A stretch of DNA of 64,000 nucleotides from Phoronis australis (Eukaryota > Animalia > Phoronida), in contig NMRA01000178.1 of NCBI GenBank assembly GCA_002633005.1, positions 69,395 to 133,394 of the forward strand, given 5' to 3'. Made by a program: the position numbers and the translations under genes. This document shows positions 46,966 through 59,532 of this stretch, in pieces. Below the pieces are notes generated by a model. That model ran no database searches and had not been told where the DNA came from. It saw only the letters and a list, made by a program, of their open reading frames with translations. Every line of letters starts with the position of its first letter. The stretch's first letter is position 1.

Positions 46966-49319
46966 TAAGATAAACAAACACCCTGATTGGCTGTAACTGT
47001 GGAAATTTCAGTTGAACCAGATTTCTGAATTCAAACTAAAGTGGCGCCAGGAATGAGCAGTTGGAGAAATAGCTTGAAGATTGTTGATGTTTTTCTTACA
47101 AATATTGTGAAATTACTGAATAGTTTGTCTGCAAGTCAACCAGAGGGGACCCTGGACTAATTTTGTGTGTTGATAAGCTTAAGGTAAATACATTTCACAC
47201 CAGTCTAATACTTGTGCTTCATGCACTCTACTAGATGCATGAAATGTACTAAAGTTAAAGTGTTTCGTCACTACTCTCACAGTCTTCAATGTAATGCTTG
47301 CTGCAATCTCAATCTTGCCATTTTTATCAGAATTATTTCCTACCTACTGAGTGTGATTCAAGTGACTTCGCTTTACTCGTCATCACATAACTTAAGTTCG
47401 TAAGTCATCACTTTTTCTTGGTCCCTATTACACACCCATTCATTGCATGTAAATGTTCGCGGATAAGTTGTTCTTTTTAAGTCGTCGTTTTCGCTTAAGT
47501 TGTCATGCGTCCTGTTATTTGCGTGCAAAATTTTTCATGCTAGTCGTCTCCAAATGATTTGTGATGTCATGGGTAATCATGACAAATATGATCGTGACAG
47601 CTCAAGTTCGTGCAAAGTAGCGTCCGTTACAAGAAATGTTTCAAAGAACTGTCAATCAAAGTCAAACTTCACTCCTATGAAAAAGAATTTTAAATATTCA
47701 ATTCTTCGTAATACAGTCCCGAGAGCATCTTCAATTTGTAACCTCAATGAATTCTCTGTAGCAGAGGCATGGAATGGTTGAAAAAATCATTATTTCAAAA
47801 TAGGTGTATGCACTTACTTGTGGTGTTTTATGGTTAGTCGTTTTAATTCAAACTTCACTGAATACTCACAGCAAGAACTTAACTATACAGCGAAATTAGA
47901 TTTGAAGTATGAGTCATGACAAAAACAACCTTCTGAACTTAACGAACTAGTACACATTCTTATCAGAAATCGAGGATGTGAAATTTGACATAATTTACCC
48001 GGTGACCCGGTCATCATCGTTATACCAGTATATGTATTCGCATTTAAGTCGTTATTTTGACAACCTTAATGTATAAGTCATCACTTTTTACAGTCCCGAA
48101 GTGGGCAAGTTAGGCTGGATACCGCTAGTTTGTACAAATATTTTCACCAAAATGCAGAATCCTGTGGTCTCCCCATTGGGATTGAACATTGTGATTGACA
48201 AGGTTCCATCATTCCCACTGTGCTGTGCTTTATTACTGGTGAGAACACTGACCATGGGCATTGGGTTGGTAATCCACAGTAACTTGCTAATGGAAAATTA
48301 CCTCCGGGAGCAGAAGATAACTTTTGAATGAAAATACTCTGCAAATCACAAAACCTAAAAAACCAAAAACTTATCTGTCAACAAACTTTTTAACATTTGA
48401 TCTCTTATATTTGTAATACTTTAACTGTCTCAAAATCCATAAAACCTATAGTAAAGGAAATGGCTGTTTGTATATTTTACTTATTGCTGTACAATTTTAA
48501 CTGGTCTGAACTTGTTTCTTTCTCAGTTTAGAAGTGATTTCTGAACTGGGTTTGTTACTGTGCTGCGTGTGTACTGCTAGAAGCCAGGTCCAGCTAAGTT
48601 TGAAACTAATTTCAAGCCATCTAATCTGAATACTGACCGAGTTGAAAGCGCTATATGTATGGTTATTAGCCTAAAAGATTATTTTTTTTTAGATAAGCCA
48701 AGTTAGCTTCATTTTTTGCTCTGGTACCTCAGACCTGATCCCAATATCAAGTTTGTATTGAACTGGAAGATTTTTTCCTTCAACAGTTTTAAAATGGTCT
48801 GACTGATGAATTGGCTATATTGTGTGTCAAGATTTATTGCCATATTTAAGTAGACAGGTCAACAAATAGCAGTCTTAAGCTATGGTCTTGTGGTCCTGGA
48901 TGGTTTTATCAACAGTGGAGTTACCCTGTAAATCACGTGAACGGTGTGTGTGTGTGGGTATACCTGGTGTTTTGACTGATAGCAGCTAGTTTATTGTTAG
49001 GAAGTGAGAGGCTGGCAAGTTTGTTTTGTATCTCTGCAATCATTAATTATTTTTCAGATTACTGTAAATGTCAAGATGGGGTAGAATGTATTGTTGGCAT
49101 AGTTCCCTGAGTTTGGCTATAACATATTTTGTAAAAATACAATTTGTTTCCCTAAATTCTGAATTTGAAAACTTTATGTGTTACTGATTTGAATTCAGCA
49201 ATTCATATCATGGAGTGACCAGTCACTATCACGGGAGATATCTTCAGTTTGTACAGTGTAAACTTTAAACCAGTTGAAACGTGTTTGTATCGCATGTGTC
49301 ATCAGGCACAGGCACAAAA

Positions 49320-49760
49320 ACAAGTCATTTGCTAATCTCTGACCGTTTAGGTTGCACTCGGTAGGCTCCAGCCACACAATCACTCACAGGTGAGGAAGTA
49401 TGCCACTGCATATCTGACTAATTAGGCTGCAATTGGTAAGCTCCAACCACTCACTCACAATTACTCGCATGTGAGGAAGTATGCAACTGCATATCTGTCT
49501 ATTTAGGCTGCATTTGGTGGGTTCCAGCCACTCGTACACAATCATTTTCAGGTGAGGAAGTATGCAACTGCACATCTGTCTATTTAGGCTGCATTTGGTG
49601 GGCTCCAGCCTCTCGTACACAATCATTTTCAGGTGAGGAAGTATGCAACTGCTCATCTGACTATTTAGGGTGCAGCTGGTAGGTTCTTTCTGCTCAGACA
49701 TTATAACCCACAGGTGAGGTAGTGTGCAACTGCATATCTGACCATTTAGGATGAATTTCC
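49320..49760. repeat. 81-bp minisatellite, about 5 copies
   Basis: caggtgaggaagtatgcaactgc...tttagg recurs at about 49387, 49468, 49549, 49630 and 49711. Confidence 0.85.
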
Positions 49761-50199
49761 AGTCACCTGTCCATCACCGATCAAACTTGGGAAATGTGTT
49801 GCCAATTTGGTTTCGTCATTTCAGGTTATAAGCTAAGCAGCTCTAAATTGTCTGGACAATTTAATGTTCTTCCTGAGCAAAAATCTAATGTGCAAATTGC
49901 ATGGCTTGCTTTTCTCATCTTTTTTATTATGTCACAGAAAATTGCAGCAGTTGTATGCAGTGTTTCACTTGCATGTCATTATAATTTTCTCTGCAAATGA
50001 GTAAAAAATAAATATCGCTTTGCATTATTGATGAAGCCTTTCACACATGGCTGAACAAGATTTTAGACATGACTTGGAGATTTTCAAACACAGTTTAAGA
50101 TTCTTAAGTATGATTCGGAACTTTTCAATAGTGGCGCAACATCATGTTTCGATGCATGTGATCATTGCACCGCTGCTATTACTGACTTAAAGTTTTCAG

Positions 50200-50638
50200 T
50201 GCCTGGTTGCATGAAACAGTCCCAAACAGGGACTCAGCCAAGTTCCCTAAATCTTTTGCATATTTGCTTCATTCTTCACTCACAGTTGTAATATTTTTTC
50301 CATCATTTTATCTTTATTATATTTTATCTTTATTATGAGCTAGTCTTTGACTAATGATATTTTCAAATTATAGCTAAATACTGAGCCCGTAATTGAGTCA
50401 TAACATAGGGACTCATTCTTCAAATTGGGGGCATTGCATGAAAAGATCCCTTCTTATTTTTGAGTGTTGAGAACTCAACGTAAATTTCACTTTCGATTTG
50501 TATCAAAGCCAAACATTGACAGTAATAAAACTCAAACATCATAAGAAAAGATAACGAGTGTTTAACAAGCCCACAAATATGCAGTAGATTTAGAGAATGT
50601 AGTCGAGTCCTTATTTGGGACTCTCATGCAACAGAGCA
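50200..50638. mobile_element. PIF/Harbinger-like MITE
   Basis: Imperfect TIRs TGCCTGGTTGCATGAAACAGTCCCAAACAGGGACTC / GAGTCCTTATTTGGGACTCTCATGCAACAGAGCA; 3-bp TSD CAG. Confidence 0.65.
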
Positions 50639-51596
50639 CAGGCTTCTTATTTAATGGGTAAATAATGTTTTCTGTCTGTTAAAAAAACAATTTTTGGTCT
50701 TTGCCACATAACATTAAAAAATCATTCTCATCTTGTTCCTTACTCGAACCAGAAAATGATTTCCACATTTGAGACTAATTGCTTGAGAGACCACAGCACT
50801 TGTCACGACCGACCGGTTGGTTGATCCGTTTATCTGTCGGGACTTCAAGCAGTTGTAGCCAGTCTCTTCTATTCTGGCTGACTAGTGAATGAACTTAAAG
50901 ATGTATCTGCATGCTCTTAACTATGCTAATTTAGCAGGAACTATACAACAATGATATTTTGAATGTAATGTACGCTAAACAAAGTACAGTTGTGTTCACT
51001 GACAACTTGTGTGAAAACAAATTGGTAACCTTTGCACTAATGACGTACCTCGCAACTTCATATTGCCCACATCATACTGTGTTATTCCCCAGCACCACGT
51101 CGTGATACTAACTGGACACGGTTCAGTGATTTTCGGTGGATCATTTTTGCCTCAAAACTCGCTCTTAAAAACATAAATTTGGCAAATTTCAATCCACTTC
51201 ATGCTCAAATCGTCACTATAGTTGTGTTTCTAACTAATTTGGCTTAGCAATCTCAAAGATAAGGAATTAGCCTGCAAGTGAAATTACCTGCTCCTTATAA
51301 GTAGGTCTCTTGGTTTAGTGATTTACAAGTGCCATTTTTAAATGGGATAATGAACAGCTATCTTGTAGACAATGGATTTCAGTGGTGTGATTTTTGAAGA
51401 AAATGCAATCTTGCACAGGTTGCATTTCTCCTGTGTTTTAATCATGTGTGTATTTTACTAAAAAATCATAATTTCATTGCAGAAGCATGTCACGTTGGTA
51501 ACGAGCCTGTGATGTTCAACCAATAGGAGTTGATAGTATAAACGAGTGTTGCTCTATCATGTTTTATATTCTATTTCAGATTCAGTGCTATTCAGA

Positions 51597-53825
51597 ATGC
51601 TGCGACAACTGCTGACAACATTGTACAACTGCCTGCTGTTCCTACGCCAGTTCATTCTGTGGAACCTGCGCAGTGTTGGCAACCCTCGTGCATTCGTATT
51701 CGAGTACCTCCTGAACGTTCACCGGCCTAGTGATGACACAGTGGAAAACATACACTCCATATTTGACCTATTTCGCCTCTACTCCACCCAGTCAAACTTG
51801 AAACGTGACACTAAGGGCAGTGCTGACGACAACACTGACTCAGGTACAACAAAAATTTCAGCACGTGTCTTCAACCAGAAAGTTGTGAGTATCCTCTCGC
51901 GTTGTCCTGATGATGAAAACGTCCTTCAGGTTGTCGATGAAGACGGCTACAATCTACTCCAGAAGGCCATCATTGCCAATAATCTCCACCTTATACATGC
52001 CCTGGTCAAGAAGGGTTGTGATGTAAATGTCTGTCAATGCAGCCCACCCCTTCACTTGGCTTGCAAACTTGGTAATGCCAGTGTGGTGAAACTCCTGCTG
52101 AAACATAAGGCACGCATTGATCTGGAGGCCGGCATGTGCTATCCTAAGCCACACGCTTGCATGAATCAGGCACACTCAAAATTCTTCTTCATAGACAAGA
52201 ATGTCTATGACTGTGAACGAAACAAGAAAAGGCCTGTGCTGTATGCCATTGATCATGACAATGTCGATCTGGTTCAAATGCTCAGTGAATTTGACACCAA
52301 TGTACTGACCAATCAGAAACATTTGTTGCACTATGCCTGCAGCCAAGGGTCCTTTGAGTGTGTTGAGTATTTATACAGTCAGCGACCAGAGGATATAAAT
52401 CGCCTTGACGATGCCGGATACACGCCTTTACTGCATGCAGTACAATGGGGTTATGTGTTCAGTAAGACTGTGCTCACTAAAGGGGCGTCCATATCCTGTT
52501 GCACCCCTAATCGGGAAACGCCTCTCCACATTTTGTTTCTCAAGAGTAAAGCACCTGATAGCTGGTTTGAAACAGCTAAGTTACTACTTGGCTCTGGCCT
52601 AGAGGATGCTATCAATGCACAGGATAACCATGGCAACACAGCACTGCATAATTTGGTTGGCGTGGTGAAGCATCACATGAGTAATGAAGAGTACAAGTTA
52701 GAAGAGTGGGACCGTGTGCATCGAGGGCAGACATTGTTGTGTGTTGACTTACTGCTACGTTACAATTCTGACCCCACTCTGTGCAATAAAGAAGGTTTGA
52801 CTCCCATTCACGTCTTGCTCACTTTGTTTTACGAGAAATTCCATGTGACCACTGAAGCCGATGGGCATTATCTGAGACTAGCCTTTGATCTCCTGCACGA
52901 CATTTTGAAAGTGTTCCTGGATAACGACATGGATCCCAACATTGCATCCCCTGGTGGTCGTACGCCCTTAATGATCTTACTTCCACAGGTTCTTCATATT
53001 GATTACTCCACTGAGCGATGCTGTTGCCAGACTAAAATCTCCTGCTTGAAACTGTTGTGTCACCATGGTGCTGACCCCAATTTTGTGATGGCCACTGAAA
53101 ACAGTTGTGTGTCGCTAATGTCACAGTTTGCCACGCAGGTGATCCGTATACGTTACAATACGTCCCTAGAGGTGCTTCGGCAAATCAAACAAGCCAATGC
53201 TGATCACCTGACCAACATTCTTGTGCTTTTGCTGAGGAATGGCCTCAACCCAAACTTTACATCTAATCGACGTCGACCTCAAATGGAGCCAGGCAGTGGA
53301 AATGGTCTGGTTGAGTTTGTGAAACTCGCTCAGAACGTTACTGAACCCAAAGACTTTGCACTGATTCACAACTGGATTTTGACCATACTTCAGTGGGGCG
53401 GTAACCCAGACATTGAACCTTTCCCCTCTGAATCAATCATCTGTCAGTCACAGAGTTCCATATTCTTAAAACACAACTGCACCCAAGCTGTCAATCATTT
53501 CATGTTAGAGATCCAAGACTTCAGTTCATGGTTGGACGGTGACCACGCTGAACAACTTTTAATGTTGTTCGTTAATTCAATGGATCATCTTGCGTTGTAT
53601 CAGTGCCTTGGTTCGTCAAAATTCATGTCGAGGTTTAATCCGAACCGTAAACCAAGCAGGAAGTTCAGTCAAATGATCCATCAGCTCAACTCAAATCCTC
53701 GCTGCTTGAAACAGATCTCAAGAGTAGCTATATTGAAGGCCATGGACAGGAAAATTATTGGAAAGGTGGACAAGTTACCGCTTCCTAGACTGCTGAGGGA
53801 TTACATATCGGACTTATCTTCTTAA
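51597..53825 (+). CDS. Ankyrin repeat and SOCS box protein (ASB-like), 742 aa, single coding exon
   Basis: Long ORF with many ankyrin motifs (GYNLLQKA, SPPLHLAC, GYTPLLHA, ETPLHIL, GNTALHNL, GLTPIHVL, GRTPLMIL) and a C-terminal SOCS box (PRCLKQISRVAILKAM...VDKLPLPRLLRDYI). Acceptor at 51579; first in-frame ATG at 51597. Confidence 0.92.
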   Translation: MLRQLLTTLYNCLLFLRQFILWNLRSVGNPRAFVFEYLLNVHRPSDDTVENIHSIFDLFRLYSTQSNLKRDTKGSADDNTDSGTTKISARVFNQKVVSILSRCPDDENVLQVVDEDGYNLLQKAIIANNLHLIHALVKKGCDVNVCQCSPPLHLACKLGNASVVKLLLKHKARIDLEAGMCYPKPHACMNQAHSKFFFIDKNVYDCERNKKRPVLYAIDHDNVDLVQMLSEFDTNVLTNQKHLLHYACSQGSFECVEYLYSQRPEDINRLDDAGYTPLLHAVQWGYVFSKTVLTKGASISCCTPNRETPLHILFLKSKAPDSWFETAKLLLGSGLEDAINAQDNHGNTALHNLVGVVKHHMSNEEYKLEEWDRVHRGQTLLCVDLLLRYNSDPTLCNKEGLTPIHVLLTLFYEKFHVTTEADGHYLRLAFDLLHDILKVFLDNDMDPNIASPGGRTPLMILLPQVLHIDYSTERCCCQTKISCLKLLCHHGADPNFVMATENSCVSLMSQFATQVIRIRYNTSLEVLRQIKQANADHLTNILVLLLRNGLNPNFTSNRRRPQMEPGSGNGLVEFVKLAQNVTEPKDFALIHNWILTILQWGGNPDIEPFPSESIICQSQSSIFLKHNCTQAVNHFMLEIQDFSSWLDGDHAEQLLMLFVNSMDHLALYQCLGSSKFMSRFNPNRKPSRKFSQMIHQLNSNPRCLKQISRVAILKAMDRKIIGKVDKLPLPRLLRDYISDLSS

Positions 53826-55040
53826 TTTTATGAAGTAAAATATGACTGAAAGGAGGTGTGACTTGATTTTTAGTGCCAAGCACCATATTTCTTTCTGGGT
53901 AGATTATGTGTATGGTTCAGAGCTCAAACTTGTTTAGGGGGTTGTAGATTGCAGCTCCATCTGGTGTGTGTTAGAAGTACCGGGCATTTTCAGACAAGTT
54001 ACTTGAATATTATGCTTTATTCTTGAGTGTAGCTTCATGGAAGCACGTAGTTTATGTCGAGTTCATCAAACTCGGCTCTTATCAGTGTATCTGAATCTAC
54101 ATGAACTTTAGTAATAATTGCATTGTCGCACATTAAAGTAGTGAATTCTGACAACACATAAGTTTTTTGAAAATGCAAGAAAGTCTGGGACTTGGACTTG
54201 ATGTTTTCACTCGGTCACTTTTGCATACAGTCCAGTGTGGCTTTCAAATCTGGCTGTGGGGCCAAGTATGGGACTTTTGAAATCTTATAAACACCTCAGT
54301 CTACAAAGTGGGTAATTTTTCTGTCTTTCCGGTGATTCTTGAATTGGTGCAGCTAACGCTGTCTATTTCTAGAATTTTGGAAAAACTCCAACCTTGTGCA
54401 AATAAATTTTTCAGTTCCAAATTGGAGAATTTTTATTGGAATCACTACTTTGCATCAGCTTATTCGTAGGTCTGGCTAATGCCATTAAGGTTTTACTGTG
54501 GGTCAGTAATTTGCAGTGGTGACCTAAAAATGTTGTAAAGCTTAATAGGATGCGATAAATCGTTATTCACTTGTCTGACTGTCCTAAAAAATCTGTTGGC
54601 AGCCATTGCTTGGGAGAATTAGGTCAATTCTATGCTGATGAAACCTGAAGGGATTTCATGAATGTTGGCATAAGTTTGAGTTTTTGCTTTGCACGTGGGG
54701 AACACGGTACCCCAATTGCACTGAAGATGGTGTATGAGAGTGTAATCGTGTCAATGCTCACTTTAGATAAAGTGAAGTTCACTGTATTTTTCTTTGACCT
54801 TCAACCAAAAATTTGTTCTTTTTATCTGTCTCCATTTGACCTGCCTCAGAGTGGATGATGTATTTTTAAATGAAATGTCACAAAACAAGTTGACAGATAT
54901 TCGACTTTTGACAGATAATTGATGTTTATCTTTGAAGAGACTGACAAACCGGAAAGATCAGGCATATGCTTGATAAAGACGATTGAAGGAGGGTGTGTAT
55001 TCTTGAGTTGAATCATTCAATAATGTAGAATTTGCTCAAA

Positions 55041-55157
55041 CACTATGGAGCGTACACTATGGAGCGCACACTATGGAGTGTACACTATGGAGCGCACACT
55101 ATGGAGCCCACACTATGGAGTGTACACTATGGAGCGTACACTATGGACCGCACACTA
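55041..55157. repeat. 14-bp minisatellite, about 8 copies
   Basis: Direct tandem of cactatggag plus 4 variable nt. Confidence 0.95.
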
Positions 55158-58100
55158 TTTACCATACTCATTTTAGTTAACACCCATGGTTAGCTTTTGG
55201 CTCTCTTAACAGTGCCTGTCTCTATGTGAAGGCCTGTATCATCAGAGTATTGTCTTCCAAAAGTACGCAGCTCATTCACCTTTGGGTAACAGTCAGTTTC
55301 AACAGAACCTAATATGTTAAAATTCGTCTATAATCTGCCTGTCTTATGATTTGAGTTGCACGCAAAGTCCGATGTCAGTGTCGCTCCTTGGGCCTTTACC
55401 TGATCTTCCGTTCGGGAAGCAACCATCTCCGATTTCTCAAAAATTTTGCTTTAAGCGCCCATGTTCAGCTGTAAACAGTATCCACCCTGTGATTGCCAGC
55501 TTCTTCTAGTTAAGTACCCTGGGTGTTCACTTGGACGAGTATGTGTATGTCATTTCATTTGTCGTATAAACGCAGATTCACCATTTCCTATTTTGTAAGG
55601 TCAAGTCCAGTCGACAAACTTTAAAGAAATTTATAAGGTAAAGCCTAGATATTACACCTGAACATGGCCAACCATGGTTTTGCAGTCTCACCTGTTTATT
55701 GTTGGGTGCAGAACTTGTTTACTGTATTGTGTGTTTATTATAATTCCAGCGTGCCTTGATTATTTTTGTGTGTGTTGAATGTCTGTCAACCATAATGTTA
55801 TCCATTGGGAACTGTTAATGATTTTGACTGTTTTTATAAGCCCTATTGAAGTGGGTAACGTTATAGTATGGTCTGGGTGTCTGGCGTCCACCTGAAGTAG
55901 TTCGTCATCACCACCTTGATCAAATTTAGGTCGTGCCTGTATATTACTGATACGTACCTTGATTTTTTAGTATTCAGTATGTTCAGACAAAAATCAAGAC
56001 CTTTATGGGCTTTTGTGTGTTTAATCTTATCATCGTCTAGTTCCTGTAATTTTGATAGGATTTTCATCAATTTATTCTACCATTTTCAGCTAACATAACA
56101 GTAACTTCAAAATTACATGCACCTTCCAATATGTATACCCCTCAGCCCCTGCAGGGGGCATATGCCTTGTTAAATTAATGAATAACACAGGGTTGTAAAT
56201 TGAGCTTTGAAGTTTGAACGTCACTAATAACTTACAGTGACGCTAAAATGCATTTAATCGTTACTTTTATCCCCGGTGCTAGCATGATATACGGACATGC
56301 GTGAATGAGTCATTTACGGATTTAGTCTTTCACGAGAACACAGGTTTCCCCCTTGAAAGATTTCATGTGAAATTTGTGACCTCTCCTCCATTCCAGATAC
56401 TTTCAAAGAGTACGTTTTTCTGATCTCTTAATTCGCAGGCGGTTTAAGCAGTTACCAGTTGTTGTCTTTTTCTCAACTATTCAGCCCAATCCTGTATGTA
56501 TCTTATTGCTAAAATTCTGATGTTATCAATGAGGTTTCGTGTAAACAATAGCATACCTGATCCTGTATACTGGACATGTGAGATTATAAATGTTTTGGTG
56601 AAAGGGTAATACTGCTGTGATCTTAATGTGTTGTTGAAGGAGTGAACCCTGTTGTTTACTGACTTCTTAATTGCCAGTATACGGTAAAAATTTGCCAATT
56701 TGGGACTGGAAAATTAATTATTTTACTCAGGTCAAAGCCTGTCCCAAATTCTAGAAATTGGCAATATTGGCCCCCAAATTCAAGAATCACCTGAATGGCC
56801 TCAAATTACCCACACTGTAGATTGAAAACACATTGCACGAAGTTTGAGAAATACGATGGACTGCAAAATGGTACTGCGCACTTGTCCCAAATTACAGAAG
56901 AAAATTCATTTTTCAGGAGTTACAGTGTTCCAAATTCTAGAGAATGTTCCAAATTGGAGAAATTTTACCATGGCAACATTTGTTAGGCCTTCTCAGTCAT
57001 TGTTTGGTTCAGCACTTTGTCAGTTTTGAAAATTGATGTAGTTCACAGTGGCAAGAAAAGAGGTTGATTGTTTTAACCAATACTAAAAGTCAAAATGTAT
57101 GTGGCCAATTTTTGCTAAATTCAGTGTTTCAACTATTTCTGAAAACCTGATTTGCAATATGTTTTGTGCATATGTAATGATTGTGTTAATCCCAAGATAC
57201 TTGTTTACTTTATATCTGATACACAAAATATACCATTGAATTCGCATGATTGTGTTAATCCCAAAAAATTCTGTTTACATATAAAAGTTACTAATAGATC
57301 TATCATGATTATGCTAATCCCAAAATGTTTGTTTGCTTTCATGTCATGGATTCTTACTCAAAAACAAAGTATTTTTCAAAATCCTACTGGTATTATTCAA
57401 AATGGTTTAGCATGTATGCAGGCATAAATATGTGCGACTCGAAATGTTCAATTGGATATCAACAAAAGAATTATTTATTCAATTGTAAATACAATGAGTT
57501 ATGGAAAGTTACCTGTCAAGAGTTATGAAAGTTTTTTGAAACCACAAGCTTTTGATCTCATCTCAAGACCTTCGTTGGGTGGAATGGCAGGTACTATAAA
57601 TATATTGTACGTGTTGCAATGACAATGAATGCATTCAGACATTGATAACTGAAAAAAAATATGTTCACAACTGAAACACCGATCATCCCCGCCTCAAGAG
57701 CAGCGAGAGCAGAGGAATGAGTATCTTAAGGCCACCACAGATGGGGAGCTACAAGAAGAGCTGTCTGCCTTTAATGAAGCTCATGTCATTGTTATCTGCA
57801 CACTGCGAGGCAAAATGGGTCACCTGTAAACAGTGTTCATAGTGTAAATGTAGTACACATGATTAAATGAGTCAGCAAAATGTGTAATCAGGTGATCGAA
57901 TAGTTGAATTTCATTGGCTACCAATGGCAGTCAGCTAAGCACCTAGTTCACATCTGGTGCATGCTATGAGTTGATCTTTAAAAACTGAGATGTCTGCTAC
58001 AAAATTCATGGTTCATTTTGCCATAAACGTGAGCTATGGGCTGAGCCAGTTTGCATTCGTGGCACATAGCTCTCTCCATCTGCAGTGGCCCTATGGGTAG

Positions 58101-59532
58101 CCTAACCTAGAAGACTTACTAAACTATATTTATTACTTCAGTGTCATATTAGGATCGAGGTATCAGGAATCTTTGAGTGATCTTAAGAGAGGACAAAGTA
58201 AAAAAAAAATTTAAAAGGCAAGGCAGAAACAGTTGATAACCAACCCAGTGGATGTTAGAAAGATTTGTTTGATTGCAAATGACAGAATCATGCAATTCAG
58301 AAAGTCGTTGGACATAGTGTGTGCCATGTTCAGACAAGTCAATTATGAGAAAGATTTTTAATTGGCACAACGGATATATTGATCAAATAACTAAGCTTAT
58401 CTTTGTACACTGGCAACAGAATTACACATCTCCCACCATCACAGAAATTTTGAATTTCAAATTTCAAGAGCTCTCGATCGTATCAAACTACATTCTTGAA
58501 AATAACAGCAAAAATTCTCCGATTTTGAAGAAAAATTGCAAAAATTACCTCTTCTCAGAGACTTACTACATTCATTGAAACTGCTTAAAATGAAACCAAA
58601 TATTTTTAAGATGTGTAATAATTTAAAAAGCATGCTAAGAGCAAAGCACAATGTCCAAACTTGTTTTTGTTACTCGAGAAATTTGTCAAAATGACATTTC
58701 ACTAGTCCGACACATTTTGTTTCAAACTGAAGATGTATCGAGTATTAAGACCAAAATGGGTGACTTGTAATTGACCATCACCACCCATAAACAACGTGCT
58801 CAGAATTTCACGGCATTCTGCTTCACACGGCATCCTACAAAATGCACGCTGTTCAATTTGCGACCAAATATAGTAAAACCATACCTGCGCCTAACGGACA
58901 GGACGTAGACTATGACTAACCAATGATATGAGGCTTTTTGTCGGAGACGTTCATCCATAAAATATTGCACACATAGTGTTGTGTTAAGAGTAAAGCAACA
59001 AATGATATGGCCCCAAAACATTCGAAGAACATGCCCACCCACCAATTGGGACCATGCTACTATCACTCACCCCCACCATCAGGTGCACCACTTACTAACC
59101 CAAGCCTTTGCTTCACTTGAACTTCCTACTTTATTCCTTAAACTTGGGAATTGCTTTGGGGGGTTGGTTTTCTTTGCATGACATAACGGTACATATTTGC
59201 AGTGAATAACAGCACAGCTCTGAAACTCTAGAGCAGTCCACTACATTCTACCCAAGATAGACTCGTGTACTCCCTGAAATGACAAGGCAGGGTCTTATTA
59301 CAGCTTAATGTGCCCCATATTCTTCCACGGAGACTGTTGCTGCACATTTACTTCCCAGTTTTCAATGCTCTTGGATACCAATAAATTCTGACTCATCACA
59401 CGATATTATTACCAGTCAACCAATAAGAACATCCAGTGAGCTCAGCAATACCGTGCAGATACCAAAATATGGTTGTACTGCATTTGGTCGCAACTGAACT
59501 TTTTACATTTTACTGGCATAAGTCATGGTAAT

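Noticed and set aside
49384-49701. Cys/His-containing 27-aa repeat ORF that resembles a zinc-finger array
   Set aside because: It is the translation of an 81-bp minisatellite; spacing does not fit C2H2 fingers and there is no gene context.
51546-51596. GTG start of the 759-aa ORF given in the track
   Set aside because: It lies in a polypyrimidine tract before the acceptor at 51579; the ATG at 51597 is the plausible eukaryotic start.
55041-55157. Regular repeat with variable positions, superficially CRISPR-like
   Set aside because: 14-bp head-to-tail units without unique spacers, in eukaryotic DNA with no cas genes.
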